A stretch of DNA of 64,000 bases. Origin: Rhodospirillales bacterium. GTDB lineage: Bacteria; Pseudomonadota; Alphaproteobacteria; Kiloniellales; JACOMY01. The notes beneath the pieces are model-generated. The model was not told the DNA's origin and made no database searches. It saw only the letters and a program-made list of their open reading frames with translations. The position numbers and the translations under genes are program-made. Shown one piece after another: positions 28,096-36,761 of the stretch. Positions within the stretch are counted from its first letter, which is position 1. Every line of letters starts with the position of its first letter. The DNA lies in assembly GCA_965227565.1 (NCBI GenBank), contig OZ245764.1:5623834-5687833 (forward strand). Direction: 5' to 3'.

Positions 28096-29010
28096 TCAGT
28101 CGGCAGACAGCAGTTCGGAGGCTTCGCTCTCGATGGCCGTCAGGCCCTGGCGGCGGCCCAGGTCGGCGGCCGCCTGGAGCCACGACCGGCTCGCGTCCGT
28201 GAGCTCACCGTCGATCATGCCGGCCCGCCCGGCGCGCAGGTAGAGATCGGCGGCGACCGCCGGCTGGCCGCGGGCAAGGGCGGCAGTGCCGGCGGCACCC
28301 AGTGCGCGCGCAAGCCCGTTCAGGTCCTGGTCCATGCGGCGCAGCCTGGCGATCTCCAGCAGGCTGGCCTCCGCGCCGGCGACGTCGCCCGAAAGCCAGG
28401 CCGCATGCGCGCGCAGCTCCAGCAAGTCGGCCGAGTCGTCGGGGACACCGTCGGCAGCCATCCGGGCGATCGCCTGGTCCAGCAACGCCCTGTCGCGCGC
28501 GTCGGCGGCGATCAGGCCCAGAAGCAGGGCGGCCCTCGCCTGCAGGGCGGGATCGGCGCCGGCGGGTGCCAGGGCAATGTCCTGGACCAGCCGGCGGGCG
28601 ATCTGGTTCTGCCCCATGAGGTAGTGGCCCCAGCCGGCCAGGACGATCCAGCGCGGGCCCGCGGCCGCCCCGCGCCGCTCGAGCTCGGCGCCGGTCCGCT
28701 CCGCCAACAGGACGGCCTCTGCGCCGTCGCCGAGCCGCAGGGCCGTCAGCCCCCGCTCGAAGGCGGCGTCGGATATGGCGTCGATGGCGTCGGCACGCTT
28801 GGCCTGTTCGAGGGCGCGGTCATAGAGCAGTGCTGCTTGCGAATAGCGGCCATCGGCGAAGGCGATGCGGGCGAGACGCAGGTCGTTCCGGTACTCCCGG
28901 TCGATGCCGTGCGGCTTCTCGGCGACCGGTTCGCTACCGCCGCAGCCGGCCAGGCCGAGGGAGAGGAGGAGCGAGACCAGCAAGGCGGCCGCCGGGAGAG
29001 CTCCTGTCAT
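28096..29010 (-). CDS. TPR-like helical-repeat lipoprotein
   Basis: Lipobox LGLAGCGG. Ala/Leu-rich helical repeats. Its ATG overlaps the MlaD-like stop (ATGA 29007-29010). Confidence 0.6.
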   Translation of the reverse strand: MTGALPAAALLVSLLLSLGLAGCGGSEPVAEKPHGIDREYRNDLRLARIAFADGRYSQAALLYDRALEQAKRADAIDAISDAAFERGLTALRLGDGAEAVLLAERTGAELERRGAAAGPRWIVLAGWGHYLMGQNQIARRLVQDIALAPAGADPALQARAALLLGLIAADARDRALLDQAIARMAADGVPDDSADLLELRAHAAWLSGDVAGAEASLLEIARLRRMDQDLNGLARALGAAGTAALARGQPAVAADLYLRAGRAGMIDGELTDASRSWLQAAADLGRRQGLTAIESEASELLSAD

Positions 29011-30020
29011 GGACGGATCTCCTGCACGGACAGCGGACCCTGGGACGGCGGCGGAGGGGTCCCGCCGACAAGCCAGTTCCGCTGCATCGTCAGCAGGAGG
29101 TTCTCCAGCTCCTGCAGGGTCACCTGAAGCTGTGCGATCAGAAGCTGCACGTCGCCGGAGGCCCGTCCGGCATTGCGCGAGAGTTTGACGATACCGGGAA
29201 CCGCCTTGCGGACCTCGTCGATCGTGCCGCGGGTGCTGCGGACGATGGCAGGTACTCCCGACTGCGTGTTGCTAAGGGCTCTGGCCAGCACACCGAACTC
29301 GCCGCTCGCGGCGGCGAGCGTGTCGACCAGGATACCGACGCCAGCCAGTTGCTGGCGCAGGTCTTCCAGGGTCAGCAGCATCTCCTGGACCAGGCTGTCG
29401 TCGGTCAGAAGCCGGCCGGCCGCTCCCTTCCCCTGCAGGGTTGCGGTCGTTATCGCCGCGACGTCGCTGAGCGTCGTCTGCAGGTGTCCGTCGGCGCTGT
29501 TGAGGGACTCGATGAGGTCCGCCAGGCCGGTGATGGCACGGTGAGTCTCCTCGACCACCGGGATGACCCGATCGCGAACCTCACTCAGGAGATCGCTGAC
29601 GCTTTCCGACGAGACGGTCTTGGGATCGACGGCGAGGACGGCGAAGTCCCAGTCGAGCGGCAGGCCCTTTCCGCGGGTGATCTCCAGATAGGCCGCGCCG
29701 GCGATACCGAACTGTCGCTGGATCAGCACCCGGGAATCGCGCCGGATGAAGGGGGTCCAGCGTTCGTCGATCCTGACCAGGGCATAGAAGCTCTCGTCGG
29801 GCCTGATGACGATCTCGTCCACCGTGCCCGCCGGCGTTCCCAGCACGTCCACGGTGGCACCGGTGGCAAGCCCGGCCACCCCGCTTTCCGGGAGCAAGAC
29901 GCGCAAGCTGCGCTGGCTGCGCAGCAGCTCGTCCAGGACCCGGCTCTCCAGCAGCGCGCCCAGGACGATGACCAGCGCGACGACGACGAAGACCGCAACG
30001 CGGCGGCGCGGCCGGTGCAT
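29007..30020 (-). CDS. MlaD/MCE family protein
   Basis: N-terminal TM VAVFVVVALVIVLGALL, then an MCE beta-barrel region (GLATGATVDVLGTPAGTVDEI) and a long helical C-terminus. An alternative TTG at 30041 would overlap the upstream stop. Confidence 0.8.
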   Translation of the reverse strand: MHRPRRRVAVFVVVALVIVLGALLESRVLDELLRSQRSLRVLLPESGVAGLATGATVDVLGTPAGTVDEIVIRPDESFYALVRIDERWTPFIRRDSRVLIQRQFGIAGAAYLEITRGKGLPLDWDFAVLAVDPKTVSSESVSDLLSEVRDRVIPVVEETHRAITGLADLIESLNSADGHLQTTLSDVAAITTATLQGKGAAGRLLTDDSLVQEMLLTLEDLRQQLAGVGILVDTLAAASGEFGVLARALSNTQSGVPAIVRSTRGTIDEVRKAVPGIVKLSRNAGRASGDVQLLIAQLQVTLQELENLLLTMQRNWLVGGTPPPPSQGPLSVQEIRP

Positions 30021-30037
30021 TTCCCGTGTGAGATAGG

Positions 30038-30760
30038 TCAAGGCCTGCCCTCCACCGCGCGCAGAGCCAGACCCCGGAAGCGGAGCCGACGGTCGACCGG
30101 TAGGGTCCGGAATTCCGCGGCGGTCGTGCCGCGAACGCAAGCCAGGGCGGCCGCCCCGCGATCGGTCGCCTGCCGGCAGAGGTTCAATATGGGGCCCGGA
30201 GGCAGGGCCGTTGACGCAACGGCGGCGGCCTCGAGCAGCACCAGGCCCGGCTCGCCCAGGAATGCGCGGGCCAGAGCCGCCCGCGCGAGGTCTGACGGCG
30301 AGGTATCCTCGATCTCGCCGACCGGCAGGCCCGGCAGGTCGAGCAGACGGCAGAGGTCGTCGGCCTCCGCCAGGATGGCCTCCCGGGACCGGCGGGTGTG
30401 GTAGCGCTCCACCAGCGCCAGGTTCTCCGGGACCGTCAGGGTCTCGATCCAGCTACCCGCGCCAAAGGCGTGGCCGATGCTGCCGCGGCGCGCGCGCAGG
30501 AACGATGTGTCGCGGCCGCGGAAGTCGGACCAGCGTCGGTTCAGGACGATCAGATCCCCGGCACGCGGCCTGTCGATGCCGACGAGCGCATCGAGAAGCC
30601 AGCGCTCGTAGCCCGGCTCGTCGATCTCGGCCAGCGCCAGCTCCCCGGGGAAGAGATCGAAGCTGCAGGCGATCACGGGATCCTCCGGGCCCCCGCCGCA
30701 AAGGCGCAGACCGGACGCATGGACGACGGCATCGACAGCTGCAGGGGTGGGCGCGCGCAT
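30038..30760 (-). CDS. ABC-ATPase (MlaF-like) homologue with all catalytic motifs degenerate
   Basis: 240 aa and alignable by eye to MlaF. The Walker A position reads IDEPGYER, the Q-loop region HAFGAGSW, the signature TSPSDL, the Walker B LVLLEAAA, and the H-loop ACVRGT. Confidence 0.65.
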   Translation of the reverse strand: MRAPTPAAVDAVVHASGLRLCGGGPEDPVIACSFDLFPGELALAEIDEPGYERWLLDALVGIDRPRAGDLIVLNRRWSDFRGRDTSFLRARRGSIGHAFGAGSWIETLTVPENLALVERYHTRRSREAILAEADDLCRLLDLPGLPVGEIEDTSPSDLARAALARAFLGEPGLVLLEAAAVASTALPPGPILNLCRQATDRGAAALACVRGTTAAEFRTLPVDRRLRFRGLALRAVEGRP

Positions 30761-30770
30761 CGGGGCTGTC

Positions 30771-31613
30771 CTAGCGCCAGATGCTGAAGGCGAGCGCGAT
30801 CAACCCGGCGAAGACGACCGCCCGGAAGAACCCGCGTGCCAGCGCCCGGTCCGTCCGGTACCTGCGCATCGGCTCGATCGCCGTATCGCACATCGCAACC
30901 AGGGCAAACCAGGTCATGGTCGCAGCCTGAGCAAGCGCGATCGGCAGTTCCGCCCGTCCGATCTCGGAGAGGACCTGCAAGGGCAAGAGGCCGGAATCGA
31001 AAGTCATGACACCGGTCAGGGCCGCCATCACGAGACCGGCAGCCACAGCCAGGACGCCGAAGAGCAGGGTCAGAACGATTGCGGAGATTGTCCCGGCAAG
31101 GACGCCCGGCAGGATGACGAGAGCCAAAGGATCGATTCCTACGGCGATCAGCGCGCGCATCTGACCGCCTCTTCGGAGCGACACCAGCGCCCCCGACAAC
31201 AGGAAACCGCCGCGCCCCAGTAGAACGAGCATCACCACGATCGGGGCGAACAGGGTCGTGAGGAGATTGCCCAGGGCGCGCCTGATGAAGTCCAGATCGC
31301 CGAACTCGCGCAGCCAGTAGGAGCCCTGCCCGACGATCACGATTCCCGATAGAACCGCGATCACCGTGACGATGGGCAGGGCCTGCACGCCGATGCGATC
31401 GAGCGCCAGCACGAACTGGTCGCGCACGGGCGCACGCCAGGTGCCCGGCGAAACCGCCAGCCAGGCCAGGCTGACCGAGAGCGACAGGCTGTCGAGCAGC
31501 CAGAGCAGCGGCGGACGGCCGAGACTCTGTCTCGCCCGGCCCGCAGTCCTTGCGCGCCGGCCGCCCGGCCCTCCATCACGCGCCCGGTCGGACATGGTGG
31601 CTTTCGTCCGCAT
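30771..31613 (-). CDS. MlaE-like ABC permease
   Basis: Polytopic. VQALPIVTVIAVLSGIVIVGQG and LLGRGGFLLSGALVSLR..MRALIAVGIDP parallel MlaE conserved blocks. Alternative start at 31595. Confidence 0.75.
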   Translation of the reverse strand: MRTKATMSDRARDGGPGGRRARTAGRARQSLGRPPLLWLLDSLSLSVSLAWLAVSPGTWRAPVRDQFVLALDRIGVQALPIVTVIAVLSGIVIVGQGSYWLREFGDLDFIRRALGNLLTTLFAPIVVMLVLLGRGGFLLSGALVSLRRGGQMRALIAVGIDPLALVILPGVLAGTISAIVLTLLFGVLAVAAGLVMAALTGVMTFDSGLLPLQVLSEIGRAELPIALAQAATMTWFALVAMCDTAIEPMRRYRTDRALARGFFRAVVFAGLIALAFSIWR

Positions 31614-31616
31614 CCG

Positions 31617-34058
31617 TCAGGCCGCGCGACCGACGACGAGGGAGACGTCGATGCATTCGCCGGCTTCGAGGTGATACCGCCCGCGGCGTCGGAAGACGAA
31701 ATGGTCGGAGAGCAGCTCGACGGTTCGGCCGCCCACCTGGATGGCTCCACCCGGTGCGGAGGCGGCCAGGCGTTCGGCCAGCCGGGCGGGTCCTCCCCAG
31801 AGGTTGATCATCTCGGGCTCGCTCAGCGACCAGCCAAGGGCCGTGCCGGTATCGATGCCGATGGCAAAGGCCGGTTCCATGGCGTGCGAGCGGAAGAGGG
31901 CACGGAGGTCGTACTGGATCTCGAGGCCGGCATCCAGGAGCCTGTCCGCGCCATCCCGCTCGCTCTCGGCCAGGCCTGACGCCAGCTGAAACCGGCTGCC
32001 GAGCAGCTTGACGTAGGGGATGTCGTGACGCTCGGCCACCTCCCTGACGATCTCGACGATCCGGTCGAACAGGGGGCGATCCCCATCGACTGCCTGGCCC
32101 AGGCCGTGGTCGTCGCGGCAGGTCAGTTCCAGAACCGAAAGCCCGGGAACCGCCGTGGGAGGCCCAGCGCGTTCGCGCCCAGCGAACCAGCCGGTTCTCG
32201 CCGGTTCGCGCAGGCTCACCACTGAGGGGTCGCCGACAAGCAGGGCGGCGGCAGGCGCCGTCTCCTTCCGGCCTGTGCCCGGCCGCGCCGCGCGCAGGTC
32301 CGAATCGAACTCCTCGACTTCGAGCGCCAGCAGTGCAACGGCGGCCGCATAGTGCGCTGCGAGCCTTGCTCCCACCTCCGAGCGGCGCATCAGGTCCGGC
32401 GTTTCCAGGACCACCAGCCCGAAACCCTTGCCGCGCGCCAGGATCGGCGCAACGAAGACCGGGATATCGGGCGAAGTCTCTTCACGCGAACGAGGCGATG
32501 CCACGAAGGGCCGTTCCGCCTCGGCTCCTCTCAGGGTGACGTCCTCGTCGCGGCTCATGGCATCGAACACCTCTGGCGCCTGCCAGCGTTCGACAGGCAT
32601 CAGCAGGGTCTGCCCCCTGTTCTCGGCATCGTAGCAGGCAAGACAGCGGAGCTCGTCGCCGTAACGTCGCCAGATGCTGGCGCTGCGGGCATCCGTGTTC
32701 CGCGCAAGCGACCCGACCAGTTGCGCCAGGGCGTGGCCGGGATCGCCCTGCGCCTCGCGCACGGTGCCCCGGATACCCTCGAAGATGCCCTCCAGTCCCG
32801 CCAGCCACCTCCGCTGTTCCTGGATCACCCGCGCTCGCCGATCGATCCGCCGGTTCTGAAGGAACAGCCAGACCGCCAGGCAGAGCGCGCAAAAGATCAG
32901 CACCCCTGAGATGATCATGCCGATCAGGCTGTTCCGCACGAGAAAGTAGGTAAAATCACTCTCTGGTGCTATCAGCACCATCCATAGATTTGCTTCTGTT
33001 GTTTCTTGCAAAGAAGAAACCAGGATGAAGACTTTCTTGCCGTCAACCTGGGTGAATTCCATCCGGTCCCCATGGACCCGGATGATGTCATAGGCGCGGA
33101 CCAGCGCCGGATCGCCCAGGTCTTCGACGGTGGGCAAGCGCTCTGCGCGGAGGAGGGGGGCGGAGCTGTCGAGAAGCGAGGGGGCCGCGACGACATCGCC
33201 GTTCCCGGCCAGGAGAACGGCATGCCCGTTCTCGACGACGTCCAGATCCATCAGATAGCGGCTGAGTGTGTCGACCCTGACATCGGCGCCGACCACGGCT
33301 TCGACCCTTCCATCGGGACTTCGGACCGCCAGTGACACCGTCGCACCCGGTGCGCCGGATGTGAAGAACTGGTAGACATCGGTCCAAGAGACCTTGTCTC
33401 CGCCCCGCTCTGCCAGCTTGTACCAGGGGCGGCTGCGTGGGTCGAAGGTGTCATCGGGAAGGTCCAGGCGCTCGATCAGGGTACCGTCCAAACTGCGCTT
33501 AGTCAGCGTAACGTGGCGCCCGCCTGCTGCGAAGACGATCCGCTTCGTATCGAAGCCGCCCTCGTCGTTCTTCCTGATCATCAGGAAATCGCCGTTGCTG
33601 CGGGCCACGTAAACGGCGGAGATCAGCCCGAGCTTCCTCAGGGCGGAAAGAGCCAGACCTTCGAAGCCGATGTTCCCGGGATTGTTGCTCACGATCTCCG
33701 CACCGAACTCGACGACCCTCTTGGCCTGTGAGAGCGCCCCGTCTGTCTGGGCGCGGATGCGGTTCTCCAGCACGCCGAGAAAGTTCTCCGCGAGGACGAG
33801 CACATCTTTCTTGTTACTCTGATAGTTCAAGAACGTCACCACGAACATTCCGCTAAAAATCAAGATGACCACCATAATAGGCAGCGTCTGGGCGAACAGG
33901 CGCCGCCGCTTGTGCCTTCTGAATTTTGCAGGATCAGTCGCTATGTCTATGATGCTGTGACTGGCCATCGTCGCGCCTACCCGAGCTTTGGTCGCCTCCC
34001 AAGGAAGGTCACGGCAGTATCGCCGAACCTCATGCTGTTTCACAGTAGGCATATCCAT
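31617..34058 (-). CDS. Membrane sensor: dCache-like periplasmic domain, TM, GAF-like domain, degenerate class III cyclase-homology domain
   Basis: 813-aa ORF (alternative start at 33968). Two TM segments bracket a Cache-like region. The C-terminus aligns by eye to nucleotidyl cyclases but lacks both metal-binding Asp and the transition-state Asn. Confidence 0.7.
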   Translation of the reverse strand: MDMPTVKQHEVRRYCRDLPWEATKARVGATMASHSIIDIATDPAKFRRHKRRRLFAQTLPIMVVILIFSGMFVVTFLNYQSNKKDVLVLAENFLGVLENRIRAQTDGALSQAKRVVEFGAEIVSNNPGNIGFEGLALSALRKLGLISAVYVARSNGDFLMIRKNDEGGFDTKRIVFAAGGRHVTLTKRSLDGTLIERLDLPDDTFDPRSRPWYKLAERGGDKVSWTDVYQFFTSGAPGATVSLAVRSPDGRVEAVVGADVRVDTLSRYLMDLDVVENGHAVLLAGNGDVVAAPSLLDSSAPLLRAERLPTVEDLGDPALVRAYDIIRVHGDRMEFTQVDGKKVFILVSSLQETTEANLWMVLIAPESDFTYFLVRNSLIGMIISGVLIFCALCLAVWLFLQNRRIDRRARVIQEQRRWLAGLEGIFEGIRGTVREAQGDPGHALAQLVGSLARNTDARSASIWRRYGDELRCLACYDAENRGQTLLMPVERWQAPEVFDAMSRDEDVTLRGAEAERPFVASPRSREETSPDIPVFVAPILARGKGFGLVVLETPDLMRRSEVGARLAAHYAAAVALLALEVEEFDSDLRAARPGTGRKETAPAAALLVGDPSVVSLREPARTGWFAGRERAGPPTAVPGLSVLELTCRDDHGLGQAVDGDRPLFDRIVEIVREVAERHDIPYVKLLGSRFQLASGLAESERDGADRLLDAGLEIQYDLRALFRSHAMEPAFAIGIDTGTALGWSLSEPEMINLWGGPARLAERLAASAPGGAIQVGGRTVELLSDHFVFRRRGRYHLEAGECIDVSLVVGRAA

Positions 34059-34226
34059 CCAACGGGCCGGCGCCCAAGAGGCGTGTCACTTCGTCCTCGC
34101 CCGGTCGCGGTATCGTTGTGGGAAAAGACGGCAAGCGACCTGCGCCCCCAAACGGCGGCCTCTTCACGGCAGCGGGTGGGGAGGTCAGTGCGGATGCCGC
34201 CGGTTGGGATCCGCCGGGAAGAGGAG

Positions 34227-35174
34227 ATGCGAGCCCCCGTGAGCGCCGTCGTCATCACCGAGTTCATCGAGGAGGGCGCGCTGGAGGCCTTCCCGCCCGG
34301 CATCGACCTGCTCTACGACCCGGCGCTGGTGGACCAGCGCCATCGCCTGCTGGCCGCGCTCGGCGGGGCGGAGGCGCTGATCGTGCGGAACCGCACGCGG
34401 GTCGACGCGGAGCTCCTGGAGGCGGGCCCGCAGCTCAAGGTGGTCGGCCGGCTGGGCGTGGGGCTGGACAACATCGACCTTTCCGCCTGCCGCCAGCGCG
34501 GCATCGCCGTCTATCCGGCGGTCGGCGCCAACAGCGTCTCGGTGGCGGAATACGTGATCGCGGCGGCGCTCCTCCTGCTGCGCGGCGCCTTCTTCATGGC
34601 CCCCGAGGTGCTGGCCGGCGCCTGGCCCAGGCAGAAGGCCCGCGGGCTGGAGCTCGCCGGGCGCAGCCTGGGGCTGGTCGGCTACGGCAGCATCGCCCAG
34701 GTCGTGGCACAGCGCGCCAGGGCGCTGGGGATGAGCGTGCTGGCGAGCGATCCCTACCTACCGAGCGATCATCCGGCCTGGCTCGCGGCCGAACGGCTGT
34801 CGCTCCGGGACCTGCTGGCGCGCGCCGACGTTGTCAGCCTGCACGTGCCCCTGCAGGCCGAGACGCGGGGGCTGATCGACGCCGCGGCCATCGCCTCGAT
34901 GAAGCCCGGCGCGATCCTGATCAACACCGCGCGCGGCGGCGTGGTCGACGAGGCGGCCCTGGTGGCAGCACTGGAGACCGGTACCCTGGGAGGCGCGGCG
35001 CTGGACGTCTACGAGGAGGAGCCGCTCACCGCCGCGGCCGCCCGTCGCTTCCGCGGCGTCGAGCGCCTGCTGCTGACGCCGCACGTCGCCGGGCTGACGG
35101 AGGAGTCCGACCGCCGGGTCTCGCGCCTGACCGTCGAGAACGTGATCCGCGGGCTGGGTCTGCTGGATGGCTGA
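34227..35174 (+). CDS. D-isomer-specific 2-hydroxyacid dehydrogenase (PGDH-like)
   Basis: Start at MRAPVSAVV behind a GAGGAG RBS. NAD motif GLVGYGSIAQ and catalytic TARGGVVDE...TPHVAG. Confidence 0.85.
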   Translation: MRAPVSAVVITEFIEEGALEAFPPGIDLLYDPALVDQRHRLLAALGGAEALIVRNRTRVDAELLEAGPQLKVVGRLGVGLDNIDLSACRQRGIAVYPAVGANSVSVAEYVIAAALLLLRGAFFMAPEVLAGAWPRQKARGLELAGRSLGLVGYGSIAQVVAQRARALGMSVLASDPYLPSDHPAWLAAERLSLRDLLARADVVSLHVPLQAETRGLIDAAAIASMKPGAILINTARGGVVDEAALVAALETGTLGGAALDVYEEEPLTAAAARRFRGVERLLLTPHVAGLTEESDRRVSRLTVENVIRGLGLLDG

Positions 35175-36177
35175 GCTGGAACAGATCGAGCCCGGGGCTG
35201 CACGGGCCCTGGTCGTGCGGGCTCTGACAGCGGCCGGCTGCGCCGAGGCCAACGCCGCCTCGGTCGCCGAGGCCCTGGTGGCGGCCGAGATCGACGGGCA
35301 GGCCGGACACGGGCTCTCGCGGGTTGCGACCTACTGCGAGCAGCTCCGCGTCGGCAAGGTCGTGGGCGACGCCGTGCCTTCGCTCGCGAGTCCGGCGCCT
35401 GCCTTCCTTTCGGTCGACGCCGCCCAGGGCTTCGCTTTCCCGGCCTTCGATCTGGCGATCCCGGCGTTGGTCGAGACCGCGGCGGAAACCGGTGTCGCCG
35501 CCGCCGCGCTCCACCGCTCGCACCACTGCGGCCAGGCCGGCCGCCACGTCGAGCGCCTCGCCGAGGCCGGTGTCATGGCGCTGCTCTTCGCCAACACGCC
35601 CAGGGCCATGGCCCCCTGGGGCGGGCAGCAGCCGGTCTTCGGCACCAATCCCATCGCCTTTGCCGCACCGCAGGCAAACGCTCCGCCGCTGGTGGTCGAC
35701 CTCTCGCTCTCCAAGGTGGCGCGCGGCAAGGTGGTGGCAGCGGGAAAGCGCGGCGAGGAGATCCCCGAAGGCTGGGCGCTGGACAGCGCCGGGCGTCCGA
35801 CCACCGACCCCAGCGAGGCGCTCGCCGGCTCGATGATCCCGCTGGGCGATGCCAAGGGGGCGGCGCTCGCCTGGATGGTGGAGATCCTGGCGGTCTGCCT
35901 GACCGGCGCCTGCTTCAGCTTCGAGGCGACCTCCTTCCTGGGTCCCGAGGGCGGCCCGCCCTCCGTCGGCCAGCTCCTGATCGCCTTCGACGTCGAGCGC
36001 CTCTCCGGCGGCGCCTTCCGCCAGCACCTGGCCCGCCTCACCGACCAGGTGGCCCTGCAGGAGGGCGCACGCCTGCCGGGCAGCCGCCGCCTCGCCAGGC
36101 GCGCCGCCGTCGCGCGCGATGGCCTGGCGGTGCCGCGGGTGATCCTGGAGGAGGTGCGGGGGCTGGCGGGTCGGTAG
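35167..36177 (+). CDS. Ldh_2 family (malate/L-lactate/sulfolactate dehydrogenase-like) oxidoreductase
   Basis: 336 aa. Contains GQAGHGLSR, typical of the Ldh_2 family. 8-nt overlap with the upstream gene. Confidence 0.8.
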   Translation: MAELEQIEPGAARALVVRALTAAGCAEANAASVAEALVAAEIDGQAGHGLSRVATYCEQLRVGKVVGDAVPSLASPAPAFLSVDAAQGFAFPAFDLAIPALVETAAETGVAAAALHRSHHCGQAGRHVERLAEAGVMALLFANTPRAMAPWGGQQPVFGTNPIAFAAPQANAPPLVVDLSLSKVARGKVVAAGKRGEEIPEGWALDSAGRPTTDPSEALAGSMIPLGDAKGAALAWMVEILAVCLTGACFSFEATSFLGPEGGPPSVGQLLIAFDVERLSGGAFRQHLARLTDQVALQEGARLPGSRRLARRAAVARDGLAVPRVILEEVRGLAGR

Positions 36178-36205
36178 GGGGTCAGGCACCGGCCGAGCGT
36201 CGGCG

Positions 36206-36324
36206 GATCCTCCGGTCAAGCCGGAGGATGACACTGTTTTTGACTGGGTGAAGTGGGATCTGGGGTGGAAAATATGTTTTTCTCAACCTTCTACCCCGTC
36301 ATCCTCCGGCTTGACCGGAGGATC
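36206..36324. repeat. Nested-palindrome (MITE/REP-like) element: perfect 27-bp inverted repeats around a 65-bp AT-richer core
   Basis: GATCCTCCGGTCAAGCCGGAGGATGAC (36206-36232) is the exact reverse complement of 36298-36324. Each arm is itself a hairpin (CCTCCGG-N5-CCGGAGG). Confidence 0.75.
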
Positions 36325-36404
36325 TTGCACGCCGGTCCCGCTCGCGTGAACAAGAGCCCCGCGGCTGGGGCGTGCGCTCGGCCATGGAACGGAGGGAGCG
36401 GAAA

Positions 36405-36641
36405 ATGCGGCGCTTCATGGTGATCGAGCGCTTCAAGGCGGGCTGCTGGGAGGCGGTCTATGCCCGCTTCGAGGCCGAGGGGCGGATGCTGCCCGAGGGG
36501 CTCCACTACCTGAACTCCTGGGCCAGCCGGGAGAAGCAGGTCTGCTACCAGTTGATGGAGACCCGCGAACCGGCGCTCTTCCAGGCCTGGTTCGCGCGCT
36601 GGGAGGACCTGGTCGACTTCGAGCTGGTGGAGATCGACTGA
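36405..36641 (+). CDS. DUF3303-like small protein
   Basis: MRRFMVIERFKAG..YARF...GRMLPEGL.Y..SW. ATG at 36405 behind GGAGGGAG. Confidence 0.6.
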   Translation: MRRFMVIERFKAGCWEAVYARFEAEGRMLPEGLHYLNSWASREKQVCYQLMETREPALFQAWFARWEDLVDFELVEID

Positions 36642-36653
36642 CGCGCCCCGCGG

Positions 36654-36761
36654 GCTAGAGCAAATCCCGAGCAGATGGAGTCATCTTCGACGACGATTTT
36701 CTTTTAAAGCAATATGCTAGAGTAGGATTCGTGAACGTAAGCGAACGCATCCTGCTCTAGC
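36654..36761. repeat. CTAGAG-containing repeats / imperfect hairpin in an AT-rich convergent intergenic region
   Basis: GCTAGAGCAAATCC (36654-36667), GCTAGAGTAGGATTC (36716-36730) and the inverted ATCCTGCTCTAGC (36749-36761). The last two form a 12-bp stem with one mismatch that spans the MATE stop codon. Confidence 0.4.
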
